A stretch of DNA of 64,000 nucleotides from Sminthopsis crassicaudata (taxonomy: Eukaryota): contig NC_133620.1 of assembly GCF_048593235.1 (NCBI RefSeq), positions 371,781,261 through 371,845,260 on the forward strand, read 5' to 3'. Made by a program: the position numbers and the translations under genes. Positions 51,049-61,020 of this stretch are shown in pieces (position 1 is the stretch's first letter; every line of letters starts with the position of its first letter). The notes beneath the pieces were generated by a model, which did no database searches, was not told the DNA's origin, and saw only the letters and a list, made by a program, of their open reading frames with translations.

Positions 51049-51998
51049 GTGAGTGCACGCGTGCGCGGCCGGGCTTGGGGCCAGGATTGGGGGAGGGGTG
51101 AAGAAAAGCCTTTGCAGAGGGGTGGTCTTGAAGAGGAAGGGGTAAGGTAGGGAGAAATGTGGGAAGGCCGAAGTGGGGGAAGGGGAAGGAGGAGGAGGAG
51201 CGTCCGCGAAGTAGGGGGAGGGGGCACCTAGCACGTGACTGGGGAGCGCTGCGGGGGCGGAGCGATGGGCTGGGGTGGGTAAAGACCTCGTGGGGGAGGA
51301 GACCGGCTGAGGGGGCGAGCGAGGAAAGAGGAGGAGGAGGGGAAGAACATGTGAGGAGGACCTCGAGCCTCTAGAGGCCGGGCTTGGGGAGAAGGGAGGA
51401 GCACTCGAGAATGACGGAGGATGGGGCGAGGAGATGTAGAGAAAGGGCCTCTGGGGGCTGGGCGTGGAGGAGGAGGGACTGAGGTGGACACCTAAGGGAG
51501 GCGAGAGGTTTAGGCCTCGGACTTTGGGGGGAAAGTCTAGTAGGCCAATGGACCCACCCAGACTAACGGGTGGGTCCATTGGCGTTAGCGGAATTTGAAT
51601 AAATAAGGGATCGGCTTGGGGGTCCCGGGGCTCCATGGAGACGAGAGGAAGAGATCCTGGGGGTTCTGAGGAACCTTGAGGGTGCAGTTACAAAAAGAGC
51701 ATCCGAGGCAAGGTTGTTTCCTCCCCCAGAAAACTGTAAAATGAAAACACAGTGGGAATCCAGTCAGTCCTGGGACCGGGCTCCAACCCGCCGTTACTGG
51801 CTGCTCTTTGGGGCCGGCTACATAGTAACTTTGTCGGGAGGACTTTTATACAATAAAACAGGAGCTCCTGTAGCGCACTCTCCTTGTTTTAGATGGCAAG
51901 ATAATGGCTGTTCTAACCGCAGCTTGTGCCTGGCCCTTACAAGGATGAAAGACAACGTCATTTTTTTCTCTTGCTTTACAGATTCCCGGGATTTGAAG

Positions 51999-52063
51999 AT
52001 GGCTGCACAGTCAGCTCCGAAAGTTGTGCTAAAAAGCACCACCAAGATGTCTCTAAATGAGCG
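51999..52063 (+). CDS. CHTOP: CHTOP exon 2 coding part (MAAQSAPKVVLKSTTKMSLNER)
   Basis: Acceptor tttttctcttgctttacag at 51981; gaagATGG; donor CG|GTGAGG; matches the human N-terminus. Confidence 0.97.
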
Positions 52064-54154
52064 GTGAGGCAGCCAACAGAAACTTCAACTCCTACATAAG
52101 AAAACTTTACTTAAATTGGCCCCGGGGTCCAATATACTAAAACCATCTTGGTTTCTGCCCAGTTTTAAGTTAAAGCTAACTTAAATATCAACAGAAGGCT
52201 AAAGACCTCTGTTCTTAAGTTGCTGCATATGTGGTACGCAAAACAAATTGGGCAATGTTTCAGAACCCGTTATCAGTAGCTGTTTACCTTAAAGTATTTG
52301 AACCGTTAATCTGGTGGGATGTGTTTTAAATTAAAACACGTCACACCCTCCCTTTTTCTTCATGTTTTTTACATTGACATAGGGGATGCTGCAGCACGGT
52401 AGCATGTTACCCTGGCTGTAGGAGGCTTGCTGCCCAGTCCAAGGCCGACAGGATTAGAGTCTGGCCTGTAAGAGGCAGGTAGCAGGCCAAAACTCCGCCC
52501 AAAGGCCCTTGAATGCTATTCTTGGGCCTTGTAAGAGGCACCCTCTTTGCTTCATCTCTGCATCTTTCAATACTGCTTTAGGTTTTGTTTTTCCTTTTTC
52601 TCTGTTAAAATGTTCTTCTGTTCCATTGAGCTTTCATAGATGAGACTCTTTGGAGTGTCATCACATTCTTAATCTAAGTTGTTGCTCTAATGCATGACTT
52701 TTTCCAAGAAATTTCACTTGGGGTTATTAGAAGGGATGCCATTTAAATCCAGGAAAGTAAAGCTGTTAAAATGTAATACCATAAGTATCTCTGTAAAGAT
52801 TTTTTATGTGGTTCGTTTAATTGAATAGGAGGTAGATTATAGCATGGGACACAGCAAACTAGTAAAGAATTTTTTTTTTTTAATTGTAGTGAAACTAAAT
52901 ATGCCATGAAATGCAAACATTATATAGGAAATAGCAAACACTGTGGGGTCAAAAATATCCAAGTTCAATCTTGCCTTCTGGCTCTATCACCTTGGGCAAT
53001 TAATTTAATTTCAGTGTCCCCACATAATTCTCCTAAGACTTTTTTAAGTTAAGGCAGGAGTAAACCTGCCTTAGTAGAGGGAGTCTCCTTACTGATAGCT
53101 CTCTATACCAGTGGAATTGTTAAGTTCAGGCTAGGGGGGAAAAAAGAAAAATGCTCAGCATAAAGGCCCATCTGGGTCTGGTTGGATAGAAAGGCCATCT
53201 CGAAGTCCAGAAAATCTTAGCTGTGTGGCCTTAGGTCATGTAACCCTAAGGTTCCCAAGCAGCTGTGAAATGTTGTGTATAAGAGGACTGACTTAAAGTC
53301 AAGAATGATCTCATTTCAAATCCCACTTCAGATGCTTAGTAACTGTGTAACCTTGATCAAGTCACTTATTATCCTATCTTGGCTCCATTTCTTCCTCCAT
53401 AAAATGAGATAGTTGAACTAGCTTGGCCTTTGATATCTCCATAATCCTGAATCTCAGAGCAAGTACCACTCTGGTATTTGGTAAAGGGATTTTCTCACTT
53501 GAGGTTTCCTAGATTGATGAAATAACAAGTGCAGGGGTTCTCCCCTAAAAGAAAAATTTTTGATTACATGCTGTAAATTTTTGTCTTAATTCATGGCATG
53601 TGGTAAGATTATAAAATTTTATGACTGTTCTTTGTATATAACTAGATTGACAAGACAATGGAAAACTTGATATCCTCTTCTATTGATATGGAGGCATCAT
53701 TTCCATGGACTTTTGAGAGTGCTGTAACCTCCATATTCACCCATACAGTGCACTTCTGACCATTGCCTCTAAAATTACTTAATCTGATTTATCCCACCTC
53801 AAGGTATTTGTTTTGTCCTTTTCTGAGTCTCTGTAACATCTTCTGTTTCCTGTCATCACCATATCTGCTTATTGTGTGTTTTTCATTCCTTCCACTTTTC
53901 TAAAAGCAGTAACCTAAGCCCTTGTTATCACTTTTGAATGAATGTACTGCACTTACCTGCATTTCTAAGTTTCTGATTCTTGCACGTTTGTGGAAACAGA
54001 GGAGTCCTTGACCCACATCAGCCTTGATCTAAGCGTACCACTTTACATAAAGTTCGTGGGATCTGGAGCTCCTGGTCTAGAGAGCCATGAAAATGCCAAT
54101 AAATGTTTTGTAATAAAGCTTTTATTTAAACACCCATTTTGTTCGACCTTGAAG

Positions 54155-54308
54155 CTTTACTAATATGCTGAAGAACAAACAGCCGATGCCAGTGAATATT
54201 CGGGCTACGATGCAGCAGCAACAGCAGCTAGCCAGTGCCAGAAACAGAAGACTGGCCCAGCAGATGGAGAATAGACCCTCTGTCCAGGCAGCATTGAAAC
54301 TTAAGCAG
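54155..54308 (+). CDS. CHTOP: CHTOP exon 3 ([51 protein letters not shown])
   Basis: gaag|C acceptor, CAG|GTGAGA donor; 154 nt restores phase 0. Confidence 0.97.
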
Positions 54309-54950
54309 GTGAGAGAGTAGGTCACAATCCTCCAGAGGCAGCTGATGATGCCTGTCAGGCAGCCCTACTGATGGCTGTGCAGGATATGGTGGATTATTAC
54401 AAGGTGGCTCAGGGTAAGAGCTGAGGATTTTCTGGAAGAGAAAAAAAATAATTCAGAGCATTTTATTTTAGTTGAAAAGTACAAACAAGTAAATCTACTG
54501 CCTTTCTCTTCAGAGGGAGGTTGCAGTTTAGAGTGGCTTGGATCATGTTGTAGGTACTAGTGTTTTTTAAACCTTTTCTATTTTCTGGGATTTTCTCAAA
54601 CAATTCTAATTGAATTTCTTGGCATCTCGCAACTCTTTTTTATTCTCTCAATTGGTATAGAGATATTTTTAAATGACTTAAAAGTTAGGAAAATAATATT
54701 TCTCCTCTCTAGAAATTTTGCATAGTGTTAATTTATTTGTATTGACAACACTTAGAAACTTGAGGGGGAAAAAGTGGTTTTAGATCTAGTGGAAGAAAGC
54801 TACTCCTCAAAATACCCTATATATCTGGAAGAAAAGAAGTCTTGAGTACACGATTCGAGAAGGTTATGGTTTTCTATCCAAATTTCCAATAAGGCACAAT
54901 CCATATTTCCACCTAGGTCTGAAGTAAAACCTGCTCTTTATTATTCATAG

Positions 54951-55034
54951 ACTATGTTTGCAAGTCCGGCGAGTGGCTGTGGAAGGATATGTCCAAGCTG
55001 TGGTTGGCAGTCTGGAGGGCGGTGCCATGCAACT
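54951..55034 (+). CDS. CHTOP: Candidate alternative in-frame cassette exon of CHTOP (TMFASPASGCGRICPSCGWQSGGRCHAT)
   Basis: Acceptor ctctttattattcatag, donor ACT|GTAAGG, 84 nt with no stop in phase 0; GC/CpG-rich inside an AT-rich intron. No transcript evidence available. Confidence 0.5.
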
Positions 55035-55407
55035 GTAAGGACTTTAAATGGGAGCACTGCATGGCTGTGCTTAGATCTAGTTAAATATAACACTGAACCA
55101 CTGGGCTCACCAGCCAAAAATAAACAAAGCTTTCAGCTTAAACTACTATAGAGTGGCTAAAATATTTTTTATCATTTAAAAATAAAAAAGATGGTAGGTA
55201 CAAACAGTTCAAGATGAGGACAATTCTTGGAGCTAACACTCTTGGCCTTTCTAAAAAATGGTTTTAAAGAAGTGAAGTCTATATATGGAAAGTTTGCCTC
55301 CAGAAACTTAAACAGAGTAATTAATTGATACATTGTTTCTATAGATATTTAGGGATCAATAGTGAAGCCGGAAACAACTAGGGCTTCTAATGTAAGAAAA
55401 AACATTC

Positions 55408-55560
55408 ATGGGGCAGCTAGGTGGCTCCGTGAGTAGAGCACCAGCCCTGAAGTCAGGAGGACCTGAGTTCAAATTTGTCCTCAGACACTTAACACTTTCT
55501 AGCTGTGTGACCCTAGGAAAGTCATTTAACTCCAATTGCCTCAGCAAAACACAACAAAAA
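55408..55560 (+). mobile_element. WSINE1-like SINE, full length, in CHTOP intron 3
   Basis: ggggcagctaggtggctccgtgagtagagcaccagccctgaagtcaggaggacctgagttcaaat...caattgcctcagcaaaac. Confidence 0.9.
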
Positions 55561-57024
55561 TCCCTGTATGGCTGTTAATAAATCAATGTAAAATAAAGAT
55601 CTTGTGGAATGAGGTCCTAACCTCACACCTGTAATGTTCCTCTAAAGAAAAGAAATAGTTGTTAAAAAGACCTTTATATTCATGGCTCATCTTATATAGG
55701 GTATATAGTGCATCAGAACCTACTTTTTTGGTTAGAAATTACATAAACATTTAATATTTCCTACTGTGAAATTCATTTAAAAATCATATCTTGTTAAAAT
55801 ACAAATTGAGACGGTCATCACCAGAATATTTTTAATGATACAGACACTCAAAGGTGACTACTATAGAAGGGAATTTAAGGCAAGGGTTTGTGTGTGTTAA
55901 TCTTGATGAGTTTGCAGAATGAAAAGGCCTGTGGTTTTTCTCAAGGCTACACCTGATCTCATTTGTGAGGAGACATTTTTCTCTCTTTGAGAAGTGCTAC
56001 CTTTTGTAATCCAATGGATTCCTCTTGGAAGGAGGGATCTGTGGCATCTTCATACCTACCTAGTACAGATTTGTTCTAAAAGGTAGTAATTGTATTGATT
56101 TAAAGATGGAAGCATTTAAGGTTAGTTTGCTTGTTTTATAGTAAAAAATGATTGATAATGGTACCTGTTGGGAAAACAGCTATGGGGTCGTGAATTTAAG
56201 GTTCAGGTGCTTATAACTTTTATGTACCTTCCTAAGGTAAAGGAAAGGAATCTCTAAATGTAAACCTGAAAGTGAATCAAAGGATCACATTTCAAGCAGG
56301 AAAATCAGACTAGGAATTAACTATTCACCATTTAGATTAAGTTTAATGTAAATTTTGGCAATAGGTAAACTAATATTATACTTTGAGAGCAGAATTCCCA
56401 GTTTGAAAGTAAATGTTTTTGGTTTATGTATTGTTTTGCCAGTCTGACTAGTCATGTCAGCAAGGTACAATGGGAAAATGGGTGTTGAATTTGGACCCTG
56501 ATGACCTGCTTTTAAAAATCTACCTCTGCCGCTTAATTGTGAAACCTGAAGTCATTCATCTTTTTAGGGTCTCAGTTTCCTTATCTGTGAAATGAAGAAG
56601 TTGGACCAAATGACCTCTGTTCCAAGTCTATGGTTTTACTGTAGGATTTCCTTACAGCATTTATAAAGTTAACTAGTCAAAAGTGGAAAAACAACCAGCA
56701 AGATCCAGGACTTGAAAGTAGAATTTAGAAGTCTGAAGAGATTTTGATGTGTGGTGATTGAATTCAAAGCATATTCAGGTAGTGTGTAGTGCTTAACAAA
56801 TTCAAGAGGAAATTCAAAGTTATCTAACAGCATTTTGGGTAAAACTTGGCTTCTATCCTCTTGAGGCAAGTACTAGCTTATTCTGGATGGGGATCCTCAT
56901 GGCACTCACTGCAGGGCTCTCCCTCTGTGCAAGGCATCTCACTTGCTTCTTTGTGCACTGTGACTCTCCATTCCTTCTTGACTGTTTCCTGATCTTAACC
57001 TCTTCAAAACTTTCCTTTCAGAAG

Positions 57025-57208
57025 AGCTTAAAACAGCGTCTAGGTAAAAGTAACATCCAGGCACGATTAGGCCGCCCCACTGGCCCCCTGGCCAGGGGAG
57101 CAGTCGGAGGACGGGGTTTGCCCATGGGCCAGAGAGGCTTGTCCCGAGGAGGACTTCGTGGAGGACGTGCTACCAGAGCCCTGCTAAGGGGAGGGATGTC
57201 TCTTCGAG
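57025..57208 (+). CDS. CHTOP: CHTOP exon 4 ([18 protein letters not shown]...RGGMSLRG); NAGNAG acceptor allows start at 57022 (+Lys)
   Basis: tttcctttCAG AAG|AGC; donor G|GTCAGT; RGG-rich GAR region begins. Confidence 0.95.
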
Positions 57209-57911
57209 GTCAGTCTTTAAAATCCATTATGCAGTGCCTCCCTTACTCTTTTCTAACAAAGTCTGGTTGCAAAACTTATGCTTTCATATCATTGTTTTTA
57301 ATAACATGCAGTATTCTTTAGTAAATCCCTATCTTTTCTGAAAACAGTGGTGAAAGGCTTCGATTTGCATAAGTAATTCATATCTTTTCTATGTGATTTT
57401 AATGTAATTTGCCTTTCTCATTCACTTAAAAATAGGTCTTATTTACTTAAGCAGACCTATGACTTATATACAGTTCTGTTGGACCAGAACTCATCATTGG
57501 ATAAGCTAGCGTCTTCTATGGATGCTGTGTGGTATACCATATTTAGATGGCTTTTTAAAAACAGTATTGATGAACATAGTGTGCTTACTCAGATGCTTGC
57601 AGAGTCTTTGTTATATAAGTTGTCCCTAGCAAGATTGTAAGCTCCTTGAGGGTAAGAACAGTAATATTTGGGTTTAATTCATGAAAATGTTAGGGGCATG
57701 TAGGAGGAGCTCAATATATACTTGTTGAAATTACCACATGAAGAGCAGATTTCTAATTAAGCACTCATCCTCTCCATGTAGACTTGCCCTGGCTAACCTG
57801 GAAAGTGTCCAAATTATTCCCATTTATACCTCACCACCTTTCCCTGGCTGGGATTTAAACTTTATATATCTTGGATTTACCTGCATGTGCATTGTGTCTC
57901 CCCTCTCCAAG

Positions 57912-58049
57912 GTCAAAACCTGCTCCGAGGTGGACGAGGCGTAGCTCCCCGAATGGGATTAAGAAGAGGTGGTGTCCGAGGTCGTGGAGGCCCTGGGAGA
58001 GGTGGCCTAGGGCGAGGAGCAATGGGCCGTGGAGGAATCGGTGGTAGAG
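57912..58049 (+). CDS. CHTOP: CHTOP exon 5 ([45 protein letters not shown])
   Basis: ccctctccaag|GT acceptor, G|GTTAGT donor; 138 nt, phase 1-1. Missed by the ORF track. Confidence 0.95.
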
Positions 58050-59750
58050 GTTAGTCAGCTACCATCTCCAAAGAGTGGTTCTTTAAAAAAAAAGAAAAAC
58101 AAAACCTTAGGCATATCTTCCTATGCAGCTTTGTCATCAGCAGGTTTTAGGAGGAGGAGGAATGATATCTATCCAAATTCATAAATTAGAAGCTATATCC
58201 TTGTGTAGAGCTTTCTCCTAGGATTTTCCCAAATAGCCATGTAAAACAGTTTTAAAATTGAATTCCCATCAATCTGAATTGCTAGTAGTTTCTCTTCAGG
58301 TTCTCATATCAATTGACCCAGATAAAAAGTATTAAATTCAACCAATATTTATTGAGCTCCTACTATGTGCAATTCAGGTATGTGTAAGATTGAACAGATA
58401 GTGATGAGTAATATCAAAAACTGTGGGCCACTAGGAGCAATATCTGGAACTTAGATCTGAAATCATCAAATATCAAGGTTAGATTTTGAACCTATTAGTA
58501 ACCCTGAGATTTGAGTCCTTTAATTGGCCAAAGTGTTTAGATACAGTGTGGTTTGGTATATGCAAGAATGAAGTTTATTTAGTGCTGGTTCCTAGCTTTC
58601 CGCTCATATTTTGAAATAATACATTCTATACACTCTCTGTCTTTAGTGTTTTCCAAGTAACCTTTTGACCCAGAGAAAATGCTGGAATGGTGAAAGCTTT
58701 AAACTCTCCAGGCCAAAGGAAAAAATTGCCAGTATATGAACCACTCCTGGCATAATAACTAAGGCTTGGTACCTTAAGGTCACTGCTTAGATCTTCTGTA
58801 ATTTAAGACACAGGGCTCTTGAAAATGAAATCTAATGCCTTGGGTTATCTGTATTGTCATTGTTTACTGTCTGGTTTGTCGAGTGAATGCTGAGCTAAAT
58901 TTGAGTTGCAGGATAAAATTGCATATTGCAAAACAATTTTAGAACTGGTTCCCAAGATTCCCTAGGGATAATACTAAAGTGACTTAATTTTATTGAGTGA
59001 ATTGAGCTTTCTTAGTGAACACTCATAAATGATTAATTGCTTATTGGCATAAGCATGACTAGTCCTTACAGTAGGATGTATTGATAGCTGGGGTTACTTA
59101 ATTGGTTTCTTTCCGATCTCCTCACACAGTTCCTGTGTCAGACTTTAAACAGAATAATAGGAATATATATGGCTTCTAAGAGCACCAAGCCTTATGGATA
59201 TAAGGATAATATAATATCGCCAAACTAAAGAATGGTCTGTTTTGGATGGGCAAAAAGAAAAATGAAGTGCAATTCAGATTGTTTATTCAGAGGTAGTGGT
59301 GATGAATTTACAAAACATCTCAAAGCTATTTCATGATTTTTCAAATCAATTGATTTAAAATTTTTCTACTAGATCATAAGATGTCAAGAGGTCATGGAAA
59401 AGAGACTAGGGCAATAAAAATGAAGTGCAATTTAAAAAAAATCTTTACCCATAAGGCAGTGGTTAGAATCATGCTGAAGAAATTGTTGTAACAACTTTGT
59501 CCAGTACATGTTTATTGTATCAAAAGATTAACTATGTACTCTTTCTAAGTTGCTTACTCCCCAGAGTATTCAATTTTATCAGAATACTTTTTTTAAAAAA
59601 GGAAAACAAAAACAACTTTATATACTCCTTTTATCTGTTAAGATATTATTGGCTTATATTGGCTTGAAGATTACTATTCATTACCAAGCAGTAAGTAATC
59701 TGAAAGCCTCAATTGAAATATATAATCTTCTCTTCCTTTCTTTGGACCAG

Positions 59751-59953
59751 GTCGAGGCATGGTAGGCCGTGGACGAGGGGGCTTTGGTGGTCGTGGTAGA
59801 GGTCGTGGACGAGGTAGAGGTTCTGCCCGCCCTGCACTGACCAAGGAACAGCTTGACAACCAGTTGGATGCATATATGTCAAAAACAAAAGGACACCTGG
59901 ATGCTGAGCTTGATGCATACATGGCTCAGACAGACCCCGAGACTAATGATTGA
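59751..59953 (+). CDS. CHTOP: CHTOP exon 6 ([67 protein letters not shown])
   Basis: Acceptor tcttcctttctttggaccag; tandem LDxxLDAYM (UAP56-binding/FoP duplication) motifs; total 744 nt = 247 aa. Confidence 0.97.
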
Positions 59954-60174
59954 GGCCAGTTTTCCTGTTAGAGACTATTCTTCAAGTTCATTACATCTGT
60001 ACAGATCCTGCGCTAACACATGAGAAGACTTGACAGATGCTGAAAGGATCTATCATAATAGGTTGTGGACTTTATTCAACCACTAGTTCATACATTTTGT
60101 GTGTTCCTTTACTTTTTGATACTGTATTGGATGAAATGTTTGTGTTTTTGTTTGTTTTTGTTTTTTTAATTGGT

Positions 60175-60210
<36 letters not shown>

Positions 60211-61020
60211 CTATACTCCTCTCTGAACTTGAATGTGACTGCCTGGTGACTGGAATATGCCTCCTCCCTCACTTATGCACTGACATTTTAATGTTGTCCC
60301 CTTTCAGTCTTCTGGTTTTGAATTAAGGCCCTAGAAAATACCATAGCGCAAACTTCTATTTGAAGTTTCTATTCAGTGTGGATAGAGGTTTTTAAGAGAG
60401 GGTGTAAAAGAAGTGGTAAATGGTTCTGTTCTTTAAAAAAAAGAAAAGAAAAAATACAAAATCTGGGGACAGAAGACAACATATTTAGACACACACTGCA
60501 GCAAATGGTGGGAGAGCTAAGTTGGTTACCTTGAGGACCAGGTAACAATCTTGTATAAATTGCCAGTGGTAATCAAGCTTTTACCATGCAAGTCCATACC
60601 TCACATAGACCAAAGTATTATCCACAATAACATGCCATCTTTCTTGATACATAAAAATTTTCCTTCTGCACTTTGTATCATGAACAAAATGGGTAATATT
60701 GGTCAAGCAATTTACATGCAGCAAAAGAGGCTGTTTGGCAGATTCTTAAGAGGGGAGAGGAGTGAGAGAATTATGGCAGGCTTACTGCCAAGTGGGTTCT
60801 GGGAACGCCTTAGAAGTGCTATTATCTTTATTTGTTAAAAAACGAAACAGTTTTCAGTCTAGAACAACTTTGGATTTTACCACCCACATTGGCTTTGCTT
60901 ATCTCTTCTTTCCCGTGAAGTTTTAAAGTTCAGTCGTACCTTTGTCAGCTGTTCCAGTTTCAATAGAATCTTGTATTTCTGGTTCATTATAACAAAGAAG
61001 AAACCATTCTCAAATCCAAT
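59954..61020 (+). other. CHTOP: Probable CHTOP 3'UTR (end uncertain), including a U-rich tract at ~60136-60210
   Basis: Repeat-free sequence after the stop; no AATAAA/ATTAAA until 62034. Confidence 0.45.

Larger units (their letters stand above)
49150..51800. promoter_or_regulatory. CpG island covering S100A1 last exon, intergenic gap and CHTOP exon 1/intron 1
   Basis: Dense CpG relative to the CpG-poor remainder of the window; limits approximate. Confidence 0.85.

Noticed and set aside
50914-51636. 240-aa minus-strand ORF and other long ORFs in the CpG island (49151-49678, 50826-51101)
   Set aside because: Pro/Ser/Gly-rich low-complexity translations expected from GC-rich, stop-poor sequence overlapping known exons; no recognisable domain.
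52318-52540. Intronic snoRNA/scaRNA in CHTOP intron 2
   Set aside because: Hairpins are present but no H (ANANNA)/ACA or C/D box arrangement in the expected positions.
55408-55480. tRNA-like A/B-box heads (also 1848, 12695, 33938)
   Set aside because: They continue into CORE-SINE bodies; these are SINEs, not tRNA genes.
56887-57021. In-frame ATG extension upstream of CHTOP exon 4 ([10 protein letters not shown]...)
   Set aside because: It is the polypyrimidine tract read in frame; no promoter evidence, and the peptide looks like translated intron.
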